Of a stretch of 64,000 nucleotides of DNA, positions 1 to 8,520 are shown in pieces. A program made the translations under genes and the position numbers. Numbering within the stretch: the first letter of the stretch is position 1; the number at the start of each line of letters is the position of its first letter. The DNA comes from a virus. The notes below the pieces were generated by a model. That model ran no database searches and was not told where the DNA came from. It saw only the letters and a program-made list of their open reading frames with translations. The stretch covers positions 6,168 through 70,167 of IMG/VR virus record IMGVR_UViG_3300042291_002084. The stretch is one strand, 5' to 3'.

Positions 1-27
1 ATCTCCGCATCTGTGACAATTTGACAT
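1..27 (-). CDS. N-terminus of small early protein running off the window (MSNCHRCGD...)
   Basis: ATG at 27 directly downstream of the first copy of the repeated promoter cassette. Confidence 0.6.
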
Positions 28-116
28 AGTGTTTTAGTTTTTAAGTTATAATATAAATTTAACCAATTAAAGGATACGATGTATGCGTTTCCTAAAATAT
101 TTTACAAGAGGTACTG

Positions 117-245
117 TCAGATTTCTAGACAGGAAGTTGAACAAATTCCAACGGAAATTATTGAATAGGTAACAATCGCACAAATAATTAGGATTAAACT
201 ATATCCTACTTTAATTAAGGTCTCTTCAAATTTTCTAGTTTTCAT
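117..245 (-). CDS. 42-aa small membrane protein (MKTRKFEETLIKVGYSLILIICAIVTYSIISVG...)
   Basis: Translated by hand; ATG follows repeat cassette; hydrophobic segment. Confidence 0.6.
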   Translation of the reverse strand: MKTRKFEETLIKVGYSLILIICAIVTYSIISVGICSTSCLEI

Positions 246-353
246 AGTATTTAAGTTTTTAAGTTATATAGTAAATATAACCAATCTTTAGATTAGTTTG
301 TAGAACCGCCAATAATAAAAGTCCAGAGACTCAGTAAATCTAGATAAATAAAA

Positions 354-371
354 AGCCCGATTTCTCGGGCT
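354..371 (-). terminator. Rho-independent terminator (GCCCGA-N-TCGGGC + U-tract on minus)
   Basis: Inverted repeat flanked by A-run; related copies at 667-682, 955-970, 2346-2361. Confidence 0.75.
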
Positions 372-378
372 CAATCAT

Positions 379-564
379 TTAATATCCGCGTTTAATAATT
401 TGTTTAGTCTCATTAACTAATTCTTTTGCCTCTTCCTTAACCTTCTCTAAATTAGAATCAGGATGGTTCTGACGAAAGAATGTTACTATCTTAGGAACGT
501 TTAACATTCCTGCATTGATTAATTCTGCGATCTCTGCTCTAATGTTTGTAGTTGTCATAATCAT
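379..564 (-). CDS. Small hypothetical early protein
   Basis: ORF between cassette promoter and terminator. Confidence 0.75.
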   Translation of the reverse strand: MIMTTTNIRAEIAELINAGMLNVPKIVTFFRQNHPDSNLEKVKEEAKELVNETKQIIKRGY

Positions 565-690
565 TTAGTTTTTAAGTTATATAGTAAATATAACCAATCT
601 TTAGATTAGTTTGTAGAATCGACAATAATAAAAGTCCAGAGACTCGATATAAATCTTCATGAAAAAACCCGATTTCTCGGGTCTGGTGAA

Positions 691-846
691 TTACATTTGG
701 ATGAGGTCGACCACTTCTTCGCCGGTCGCTCGCCCGTCTCTGATAATCCCATAGTTTGGGTCCATTCCAGAAAGAATAACATCTTCGATGAGTGCCTCTA
801 GCGTTGGGAACTCTTTAGTGTAGTAGTCGCAATTTAAAGAATACAT
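691..846 (-). CDS. 51-aa small protein (MYSLNCDYYTKEFPTLEALIEDVILSGMDPNYGIIRDG...)
   Basis: Translated by hand; bracketed by cassette promoter and terminator. Confidence 0.75.
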   Translation of the reverse strand: MYSLNCDYYTKEFPTLEALIEDVILSGMDPNYGIIRDGRATGEEVVDLIQM

Positions 847-977
847 AGTAGTTTAGTTTTTAAGTTATAATATAAATATAACCAATTACTCTTATTCGAT
901 AATGCGTTTATAATAATAAAAAGCTAGAGACCCTTGGCCAGTCTGCAAAGAAAAACCCGATCTCTCGGGCTTAATTA

Positions 978-1190
978 TTACTTGGATAGGATTAACATTC
1001 CACCACTTGCTTTGATTTTAAATCCAGCTTCTTTTAGGATTAGTGTGATCTCTCTCCTTACGTTCGATGCTGGAACAATTGATCTGGATACGCTTCTAAA
1101 ATGATATGAGTGACCTGGTGCAGAATCCGGTAAATCATTACCATCAATAAATCCTTTAGCGTTTAATAATTGGATTGCTTCTTTTAACAT
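978..1190 (-). CDS. Small hypothetical early protein
   Basis: ORF between cassette promoter and terminator. Confidence 0.75.
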   Translation of the reverse strand: MLKEAIQLLNAKGFIDGNDLPDSAPGHSYHFRSVSRSIVPASNVRREITLILKEAGFKIKASGGMLILSK

Positions 1191-1342
1191 AGTTATTTAG
1201 TTTTTAAGTTATAATATAAATATAACCAATTACTCTTATTCGATAATGCGTTTATAATAATAAAAAGCGGGAGACTCGCTAACTAGCGGACAAAAGAAAG
1301 GGTCAACCTTCGCCGACCCAATCCCTAACTTAAAACAATATC

Positions 1343-1564
1343 TTATCTTTCCAAGATTACCCAGTCTCCAAAGTGTCGATCAAATACTTGAAGAAGATTT
1401 TCATAATCACCTGACATCATCTCTTCAACGATTGGATCAGGATTATCTCCACTGTCTCGAATGAATACTCTCGCTAATCCAATTAAATGGAAGGCATTAC
1501 CCTCTGGTCCAGTTAAGTCAATAACTAGGGGTCCTTTCTCTTTTAATTCTTTTTTTCTAATCAT
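1343..1564 (-). CDS. Conserved small phage protein (IDLTGPEGNAF..I...MMSGDYE.LL motif)
   Basis: Motif familiar from phage early proteins; follows cassette promoter. Confidence 0.8.
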   Translation of the reverse strand: MIRKKELKEKGPLVIDLTGPEGNAFHLIGLARVFIRDSGDNPDPIVEEMMSGDYENLLQVFDRHFGDWVILER

Positions 1565-1696
1565 CTTATTTGTTGTTAGGTTATATAGTAAATATAACTA
1601 TTATACTCTAATGGGTAATGCGTCAACTAACAAAAAAGTCCAGAGACCACAAAGGCAAGTCATGATCAGACCTGCCTAGTAATTTTGGATTTGGGA

Positions 1697-2290
1697 TTAG
1701 TTTTTTCTTACCATACCAAGTTTGGAGATAATCGTGTTGATTACTGATCCAATTAGAGACCCTCCATTTACTGTAGCAACCTGGCCATTTACACCGGTTG
1801 GAGCTCCTTTTGCTGGTGCCTTTTCAATTGGAATAGCAGCCAACTTTGGGTCTGCGCTTAGGTGTTGAGTAAGAGCATCGATAACTCCTTGATCGATCAT
1901 AGCGTCCTTTGCAAAAGGCTTCGCGATAGTAATAATAGCATTCATTAAACCCGAATCAAGTTTATCGTAGAGGCTAAGAATCACCTGACCTTGAGACATC
2001 TTGTTATCTACTGCCATACGATCAATCATACCCATCGTACTTGCATACACTGGTTGCATGATTGCATCAACAGCTGCCTTGTTCTCTGGAGATCCTTTAG
2101 TATATTTCGGATCATCATTATCCCCAACCTGAGCGTTTAGGATTTTCGCTTTTTCACTGCCCGCAGTATTAGCACTAATCGAATCGATCAGACCTTTAAA
2201 GTCGTCTCTATATCGAGTTACTAATTTCAAGAATCCAATACTTTTAGATTCAAATAACTGATGAGCATCTCTAGTTAATAGGTGTTTCAT
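1697..2290 (-). CDS. Hypothetical protein with capsid-targeting-like N-terminus (MKHLL...QLFES)
   Basis: Minus-strand GATAAATAA box at ~2307-2315; N-terminal tag motif. Confidence 0.8.
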   Translation of the reverse strand: MKHLLTRDAHQLFESKSIGFLKLVTRYRDDFKGLIDSISANTAGSEKAKILNAQVGDNDDPKYTKGSPENKAAVDAIMQPVYASTMGMIDRMAVDNKMSQGQVILSLYDKLDSGLMNAIITIAKPFAKDAMIDQGVIDALTQHLSADPKLAAIPIEKAPAKGAPTGVNGQVATVNGGSLIGSVINTIISKLGMVRKN

Positions 2291-2368
2291 AGTAATAGTT
2301 TTCTTATTATTTATCTAGAGACCGGCTAGGATAAGACAAAAAGAAACCGGATTACTCCGGTCTATCAC

Positions 2369-2716
2369 TTAATAGAAAAGACTAAGTAGTCCAGCCACTT
2401 CTTCCTCACTTGCTCTTCTAAAAGAGTCCCGATCCGGAGTCAGGCTAGGATGAGCACTAACCGCTTGGTGATAAGCTTCTTCTAGACTAGTCGCCCATTC
2501 CTGATTCCAACCACCCTCTTCAAAATTATAGGTCCACTCTACCTTGGTAACGGGTCCCGATCCTAGGTGACTCAGCTGACGAGCAACAAAATACTCTAGA
2601 CTTTCAGCAGCTTTCCTGATTCCTGCCCTGTCTCCAGCTTGGGTAGCCTCAACCAACTTACCACTCCAGTATTCTATCTTCTTAGCATACCCGTTTTCAT
2701 AATTAAATTTTTTCAT
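2369..2716 (-). CDS. Hypothetical early protein
   Basis: ORF behind cassette promoter, ends at terminator. Confidence 0.8.
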   Translation of the reverse strand: MKKFNYENGYAKKIEYWSGKLVEATQAGDRAGIRKAAESLEYFVARQLSHLGSGPVTKVEWTYNFEEGGWNQEWATSLEEAYHQAVSAHPSLTPDRDSFRRASEEEVAGLLSLFY

Positions 2717-2819
2717 AGTCTTTAAGTCTTTAAGTTATACTATAAATATAACCATAATACTCTAATGGATAATGCGTTTACTAAGATAAATTTAATAAAT
2801 GTCTAGAGACACTTTTGGA

Positions 2820-3023
2820 TTAACCAATAGTGTAGGGAAGTTGCGCGCCACTTTGGTCAAGTACACTAGCCGCTTTTACTAGAGTCGAGATTCGGTTATA
2901 CATACCCGTTGCATACTTCTTCATGCCCTCTACAACTTCTGCACTTGGATCTTTTATATCCTTCAACATGTCTAATACCATGCCATTAATAAATTGCTCT
3001 TTTACTTCATCTGTTATTGCCAT
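2820..3023 (-). CDS. Small hypothetical protein
   Basis: ORF with purine-rich leader. Confidence 0.6.
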   Translation of the reverse strand: MAITDEVKEQFINGMVLDMLKDIKDPSAEVVEGMKKYATGMYNRISTLVKAASVLDQSGAQLPYTIG

Positions 3024-3029
3024 CTTTCT

Positions 3030-3630
3030 TCTTTTTTCTCTCTTCTACTCTCTCCTAACCTAGAGTTTTCAAGAGACGGTATAGGACAGACAAAAAACGG
3101 GTCCAACTGGTCGAACTTCCCAAACAGAGACGCTACAGGATTAAAGATGTCTAGCTTAGACGTCTGGCCGAACGCCTGAGACCGGTTAACTAGATAGCTA
3201 GCTAGCCAGACTAGTCGAATACTGGCTCCAGGTACCGGCCAGGCTAGGTCAGCCCGACCAGCCGAGGAGATATCTGCCCCAGGAGACAAAAATCGGCCCC
3301 TGGCTGCCCCCAGGAGCGCCTGGCCGAGCGCCTGCTAGATAGGCTAGATAGGGCTAGACAGACAGGCTAGCAAAATAATGATGAAAAAGATGATTTCAAA
3401 TTAAATTTTGTAACTATAGGCCACTCCTGCCCCGAAAAAAGTCCTCCTCCCCGAGCCCCGAGACTCCCCCATGGCCATGAGTCCTTCTCCAGGTAAATTA
3501 CTCCCCGTGTACCCGCCCGTGTATACCTTTATATAAGACTCGTGGTGACACTCAACCCCTCTTCCCCTAGTAAAATGTCCCCTCTTCTCTAGACAAAAAA
3601 TCCCCCAGGAAAATTATATATTTTTTTCCT
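3030..3630. other. GC-rich, motif-dense non-coding region at gene-strand divergence (candidate genome terminus/packaging or origin region)
   Basis: Much higher GC than flanks; many CTAG, CCWGG and GAGAC motifs; C-runs; genes diverge on either side. Confidence 0.6.
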
Positions 3631-3637
3631 TTCTTAA

Positions 3638-3647
3638 GTATAAATAA
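3638..3647 (+). promoter_or_regulatory. T4-type late promoter box TATAAATA (variants GATAAATAA recur at ~6101, 8177, 8493, 10379, 24260, 26095, 27912 and on minus at ~2310, 31483, 48290, 53506, 57878)
   Basis: Repeated 15-30 nt upstream of start codons of virion-like genes; matches T4 gp55 consensus TATAAATA. Confidence 0.7.
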
Positions 3648-3662
3648 TAAAAAATTTAGATT

Positions 3663-4058
3663 ATGAAAAATAATGTAAAAAACTTTAGTCAATTCGTGAA
3701 TGAAAGCGGACTGGGATATGGCTGGGCAAATCGTAAAGACCTACGTAAAGAACTAGTTGGAGGTAAAGGTCAAAAAAGAGAATATGATGAGCTTTCAGAA
3801 CCAGATAGAATGGAGCTAGAAGGTCTATTTGCTAGTATTAACTTACGTGGAGAAGAAAGAGCAAAGTTAATACTTGCTAACTTTACTAATAAACTTTCAA
3901 AATTTAACACACTTGAAGAAATTAAGGCTGCACTTGAAATTGCTCGTGAAGAGTTAGATACTAAGTTCGCGCCTGGAGATAATGAAGAGTCAAACTGGAG
4001 TGGTCGTGACTCTTCAGCAGGTGAAGAAGGATATTATGACCAAGAAGAAGAATATTAA
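3663..4058 (+). CDS. Putative internal virion protein, tag MKNNVKNFSQFVNES
   Basis: Late box + N-terminal tag; acidic C-terminus. Confidence 0.8.
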   Translation: MKNNVKNFSQFVNESGLGYGWANRKDLRKELVGGKGQKREYDELSEPDRMELEGLFASINLRGEERAKLILANFTNKLSKFNTLEEIKAALEIAREELDTKFAPGDNEESNWSGRDSSAGEEGYYDQEEEY

Positions 4059-4078
4059 ATAAATAAAAAATTTAGATT

Positions 4079-4459
4079 ATGAAAAACAGGGTAAAGAGAT
4101 TTGGTCAATTCATCAATGAAAACATGCATGATGAAGATATGGAATTTACACCTAGACAACAGGAATATCTGGACTCATATGCAAACGATCGCCATAGCGA
4201 ATATAATGAGTTAAAAGGAGAACTTGGAAGAGAACAAGGAGCTAGACCAAAAGCAGCTATTATCTGGAACCCTGAGACAAAGGATATAGAGATAATTTTT
4301 ATGTCTGATCCTACTCGCGATCAACACGGTTTCGAAGACGAAAAAGAAGCAAACCCTGAGGTTGAGATCTACTTTGTAGAATTCGATGAGACTGCGTCAA
4401 TCAGAACAGTCGGTGGAGAGCTTGATCTAGAAGACGTTAAAGTATTAGGAAGGCTGTAA
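4079..4459 (+). CDS. Putative internal virion protein, tag MKNRVKRFGQFINEN
   Basis: Same leader/tag DNA as 3663 and 4998. Confidence 0.8.
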   Translation: MKNRVKRFGQFINENMHDEDMEFTPRQQEYLDSYANDRHSEYNELKGELGREQGARPKAAIIWNPETKDIEIIFMSDPTRDQHGFEDEKEANPEVEIYFVEFDETASIRTVGGELDLEDVKVLGRL

Positions 4460-4474
4460 AAAAATATTCAAGTA

Positions 4475-4963
4475 ATGATACTAGGATTTAATGATTTTAT
4501 AAATGAGGAAACTCAAGAAAATAGAAATTATCGCTGGGCTGGGATAAAAAAAGATAGAGCAGATCAATTTATGCGGCAGGCAATGAGCAACAATCGTGAT
4601 TCTAGATATTTAGCAGCTAAAAGTAAATATTGTAATGAGGAAGGTTTACGTATATTAATGAATGATCGCGACCCAAGTATTCGAAGAAGAGTAGCATTGA
4701 ATCCATATACCCCAGCGAGTATTTTAAAAGATATGTTGCACGATGAAAAACTTCACCTATTAATCGCATCTAATCCTAATGCTTCACCGGAAATTCTTCG
4801 TGAACTATCAAGCTCAACTGATGATCAAGTTATATCTAAAATTGCTGGAAATAGAAATGCGCCAATTGACCTACTACTTAAATTGGAAAACTATCCAGAT
4901 GGGGTAACTAGAGGAAATGCTAAACGTAACAAGACGCATATTGCCTGGAGAGCTGCTCAATGA
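4475..4963 (+). CDS. HEAT/leucine-rich-variant (LRV) repeat protein with tag MILGFNDFINEE
   Basis: Repeats VALNPYTP, IASNPNASPEIL, IAGNRNAP. Confidence 0.8.
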   Translation: MILGFNDFINEETQENRNYRWAGIKKDRADQFMRQAMSNNRDSRYLAAKSKYCNEEGLRILMNDRDPSIRRRVALNPYTPASILKDMLHDEKLHLLIASNPNASPEILRELSSSTDDQVISKIAGNRNAPIDLLLKLENYPDGVTRGNAKRNKTHIAWRAAQ

Positions 4964-4997
4964 TCTATAATAAATAAATAAATAAAAAATTTAAGTT

Positions 4998-5357
4998 ATG
5001 AAAAATAATGTAAAACGATTCGGTCAATTCATCAATGAAGGATATCGAGAAGACGGGAGTCATAGTGGCTACCAAGAAATGAAAGGTCAGCGTGGAGAAC
5101 CAACTAAAGGAATAGCAGTTTGGGAATTTGGTGAGGGCTTTGGAGCAGAATGGTCAACAGTTTCGTATGCTGGAAAAGAAATGGACGTTCCATTCGACGG
5201 TGACGAAGATTATGCTGACGACGGTAACTTTACACAAGAAGGATTTAGTAAAATCTTTAAATGTGCTGAAGAACTTGGCGCTGATCCAGAGATGGTGTAT
5301 TCAGCGGAAGATGGTAAACTTATATATTCAGACCAGGATGTAAGTCAAGGTATATAA
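4998..5357 (+). CDS. Putative internal virion protein, tag MKNNVKRFGQFINEG
   Basis: Late box + tag; followed by terminator. Confidence 0.8.
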   Translation: MKNNVKRFGQFINEGYREDGSHSGYQEMKGQRGEPTKGIAVWEFGEGFGAEWSTVSYAGKEMDVPFDGDEDYADDGNFTQEGFSKIFKCAEELGADPEMVYSAEDGKLIYSDQDVSQGI

Positions 5358-5375
5358 TTAAAACCCAAATTTATT

Positions 5376-5404
5376 AAGGGACTCTAATCGGGGTCCCTTT
5401 TTTA
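5376..5404 (+). terminator. Rho-independent terminator
   Basis: AAGGGACTC-taatc-GGGGTCCCTT + T-run. Confidence 0.8.
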
Positions 5405-5445
5405 TTTTCAAGACTTTAAGTATAAATAATAAAAAGTATCCAACT

Positions 5446-6015
5446 ATGAAATACCTTACTCGCTATCCTAAACCTCTATTGGAAAATGATGATGAAGATG
5501 ATAGTGATCTTCTACTTGATTTTGAAGCGTTAGGTCTCCTAAAGCCAGAACAGATGGCAGAATCCCGACGCGCCAAATTTATCCAGAGTCTAGTAGATCT
5601 ATTTAGTAGAGTAGGTATTGAGTGGAGAGATACTGCCTCAAGTCAATCCCGAAGTCGTGGTACCCAAGTTCCTCGACTAACTGAAGAGGAAGCCTATCAA
5701 TTGGTTATGAGTGCCGCACCTGATATTATCCAGAGTTTAAGCCGTAATCGAGCTACGAAATTAACTCGTATCCATCAGGAGATCTCTTCATTAGGGGATT
5801 GGACTCGACCTGATAATCCCTTAACCTATTGGATTCAACCAGCTGGGGTACGAACACAATATTATGGCAGATTCTCCCCAACTACCCCTAAGCCAACAGT
5901 CTCAAGTTTTATTAAATTTAATGGTGAACTTACCCCAAAGGAGATGATTGCACTCTTTGTAAATCAAGTGGCTATTGACTTGTCACCTCGACTAATCCAC
6001 CGATCCCAAAGGTAA
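5446..6015 (+). CDS. Hypothetical protein, tag-like N-terminus (MKYLTRYPKPLLEN)
   Basis: TATAAATA box at ~5421. Confidence 0.75.
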   Translation: MKYLTRYPKPLLENDDEDDSDLLLDFEALGLLKPEQMAESRRAKFIQSLVDLFSRVGIEWRDTASSQSRSRGTQVPRLTEEEAYQLVMSAAPDIIQSLSRNRATKLTRIHQEISSLGDWTRPDNPLTYWIQPAGVRTQYYGRFSPTTPKPTVSSFIKFNGELTPKEMIALFVNQVAIDLSPRLIHRSQR

Positions 6016-6130
6016 GGGTGACGGCCTCGCCCCCTTATAATATAGCGACTCTTCTCTGGAATCTTATCCAAACAATTTGAGGAGTCCCTCTTTAGCCAAG
6101 GATAAATAACTAAAATAAATTAGCTATTTT

Positions 6131-7294
6131 ATGTTGCATATCCAGGATTATTGGCACTTTATTAGTGAACAGGAAAAGTTTAGTCTTGACCCTAAACAGC
6201 TACCCCAAAAGTCAGATCGACTAGGTAAAGGTGGAAGTTTCGAGACAAGTCTCTATGGTAACAAGACTAAAGAGGAATATTTCAAAATACTTAAAGCCAA
6301 AGACCCCAAAACAATTAAGAGGATACGTTTGATCTTTCCTGGTAATAACTGGGAAGTGATTGCCCTAAAATTGGTTAAAACACTAGGCGTAGTTACTGGA
6401 GTATTTACCAATATTGAGACTGCTAATAGATTTATTAATGGATTAGTAAGCAAAGGCGTAACTGCAGACGAATTAGTAATTGGTTCACATGGCCAATATG
6501 GACAATTGTTGTCACCTAAACAGGGAGACTCATACTATTTTGACAATAGCTTTCTTAAATCATTTAAACCACTGGTTCACAAAGGCACAAAAGTATTTTT
6601 TACTGCCTGTCATGGAGCAGATTATCTAGATTCACTTAAGGATGCATCCGAAAAACTTGGAGTGCCGGTATATGGCTCAGCAGGTATCTATAACTATATA
6701 ACCAATGCAAGTGAAAAAGGTTTCTATCTTTGTTTTCCTGCAAAATTTGAAACGGGCAAGGAAAAGTCAATTTCCGCAGTCTACTTGGATAGTGAAACAA
6801 ACGGTTATCGAATTACCTGGAAAGAGGGCGACACTCAGGGAGTAACTGGAGAAAAGGTAAGAGTAACACTAGACCCTTCTATATTTGGAATAAAACTTGC
6901 ACCAATTACAATTGGAACTCAACCAATAAATATAGAAACCGCTCGAACTTCCGAAGTTCGCGCAGCTAATTCAGTAATGAGAGTAGATGTTGACCTATTG
7001 CAAGAACTAGAAAAATCAATGTATACTGACCCAGCAATATATGCTAAATTTAAAGCTAAGCTTAATAGGATGCCAGGTAACGATAAGTGGGACAAGCAGG
7101 TAGCACTTCAAAAATCCCTAATTGATAATTTCAACAAGGGCCTAGTTAAGATTGAAATTAGTAAAGCTTCTAATTGGGTAAATATCAAGACACTAAAGGA
7201 TGTAACCTTCTATAAAGAAATAGACAATCAATATCTTTTAAATCATGGGCTATGTAAAAGATACGATAATCCACCAGTGAGCTGGCTAGACTAA
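6131..7294 (+). CDS. Putative caspase-fold (DUF4347/CHAT-like) protein with tag MLHIQDYWHFISEQ
   Basis: LVIGSHG and VFFTACHG motifs spaced like a His-Cys dyad. Confidence 0.6.
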   Translation: MLHIQDYWHFISEQEKFSLDPKQLPQKSDRLGKGGSFETSLYGNKTKEEYFKILKAKDPKTIKRIRLIFPGNNWEVIALKLVKTLGVVTGVFTNIETANRFINGLVSKGVTADELVIGSHGQYGQLLSPKQGDSYYFDNSFLKSFKPLVHKGTKVFFTACHGADYLDSLKDASEKLGVPVYGSAGIYNYITNASEKGFYLCFPAKFETGKEKSISAVYLDSETNGYRITWKEGDTQGVTGEKVRVTLDPSIFGIKLAPITIGTQPINIETARTSEVRAANSVMRVDVDLLQELEKSMYTDPAIYAKFKAKLNRMPGNDKWDKQVALQKSLIDNFNKGLVKIEISKASNWVNIKTLKDVTFYKEIDNQYLLNHGLCKRYDNPPVSWLD

Positions 7295-7309
7295 AATAAT
7301 AAGTGGTAA

Positions 7310-7825
7310 ATGAAATATATTAAAGGATACAGACTATTTGAAAATAAGTTGCTTAGTGAGTGGACTCCTGAAGAGATTAGGCCTACTCAAGATATCTCAG
7401 TAGAATTATTAGCTCAACTTTCAAAAAGCGAAGATGACACTATTAAATATGCAGTCGCACAACATCCAAATACGCCAATGAGTGTATTAGAGGAGATGTT
7501 GGATACAACTGACTCTAATTTTATCTCTATTGAATACTATGTAGCTAAGAATCCAAACTTATCACCAGAACTTGCAGTTAGGATAAGTCAATCTACTAGT
7601 GATAGTGTACGTGCGCAAATTGCAAAAAATCCAAATCTTCCTCTAGAAAATTTTGAAGAACTTGCCCAAGATCCTGACTGGTATGTTAGGTCAGTAATTG
7701 CACTAAGCGATAGAGTGTCAGATGAGATACTTTCAAAATTAGTTAGTGATGGCAACGAGCACGTAGTAAAGAGCGCGCGTATAGTAATTGATCATCGATT
7801 CCAAAGATTACTTAGTGAATTTTAA
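7310..7825 (+). CDS. HEAT/LRV repeat protein with tag MKYIKGYRLFEN
   Basis: Repeats VAQHPNTP, VAKNPNLS, IAKNPNLP, DPDWYVR. Confidence 0.8.
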   Translation: MKYIKGYRLFENKLLSEWTPEEIRPTQDISVELLAQLSKSEDDTIKYAVAQHPNTPMSVLEEMLDTTDSNFISIEYYVAKNPNLSPELAVRISQSTSDSVRAQIAKNPNLPLENFEELAQDPDWYVRSVIALSDRVSDEILSKLVSDGNEHVVKSARIVIDHRFQRLLSEF

Positions 7826-7839
7826 AATTAGATTAGTCA

Positions 7840-8184
7840 ATGAGTGTAGATGTAGAGATATTATGGGTGCCATGTGGAGCACAGGACTTGGAATCGTGGA
7901 TTGCACTAGTAGATCACGAGGTAGTTGGCCATATCTATTTACTTCATGAAAGAGACGATCGTCTTAAATTCCTAGACGCCTGGGTGCATCCAGAATGGAG
8001 ACGTAAAGGAATATTTAGAAAACTTTGGGAAGCCCGCTGGGAAAGCGTTCAAGCTCGATATTCAGGAAAGGTTGCCTATGCTTGGTGTAAGCCAGGTTCC
8101 TTACCTCTACTCCTAGAAAAAGGATTTGAAACTGGCGAAATATGTACATACGTAGAGTTAACTGTTCCTAGTAGAGATAAATAA
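7840..8184 (+). CDS. GNAT family N-acetyltransferase
   Basis: Motif A WVHPEWRRKGI and C-terminal LEKGF. Confidence 0.8.
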   Translation: MSVDVEILWVPCGAQDLESWIALVDHEVVGHIYLLHERDDRLKFLDAWVHPEWRRKGIFRKLWEARWESVQARYSGKVAYAWCKPGSLPLLLEKGFETGEICTYVELTVPSRDK

Positions 8185-8202
8185 TAAAAATAAATAAAAA
8201 TT

Positions 8203-8436
8203 ATGCTTTACTTTAAACATAAAAACATTGATCTTTACTCTAAATTCAATGAAGAAACTGGAGAATTAACTCACATGTCAATACATAATACTGATTTTTC
8301 TACATCTCTACAGGTAATTGAAGAGTCACAAAGAGAACTTTTAAAATCTGAACTTGCATCAAATGCAGACCCTATTGAAGCTGAAGCATTTGAAACAGCG
8401 GTTACACCAATTCGATTAAAATTAGGAACTGTGTAA
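8203..8436 (+). CDS. Small hypothetical late protein
   Basis: ORF behind GATAAATAA. Confidence 0.65.
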   Translation: MLYFKHKNIDLYSKFNEETGELTHMSIHNTDFSTSLQVIEESQRELLKSELASNADPIEAEAFETAVTPIRLKLGTV

Positions 8437-8456
8437 ATATTATTTGATATTAAAAC

Positions 8457-8487
8457 AAATGTCTAAACAAAAGTTTAGACATTTTTT
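8457..8487 (+). terminator. Rho-independent terminator
   Basis: AAATGTCTAAAC-aaaa-GTTTAGACATTT + T-run. Confidence 0.75.
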
Positions 8488-8520
8488 GTTTAGATAAATA
8501 ACTAAAATAAAAACAATAAT

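Larger units (their letters stand above)
28..2810 (-). repeat. Seven copies of an ~85-bp upstream cassette (palindrome GTTATA-N7-TATAAC, upstream GAGAC box, AT-rich leader TTAAAAAC-TAAA before ATG)
   Basis: Palindromes at 45-63, 263-281, 576-594, 864-882, 1208-1226, 1580-1598, 2734-2752; copies 2/3 and 4/5 nearly identical over ~80 bp. Confidence 0.9.

Noticed and set aside
28-2810. CRISPR array interpretation of the repeated elements
   Set aside because: Intervening sequences are 150-1100-bp genes, repeats are ~85 bp and degenerate, and no cas genes are present
3014-3289. 91-aa minus ORF and 61-aa plus ORF in the GC-rich region
   Set aside because: Atypical composition, no leader; more likely chance ORFs in a non-coding element
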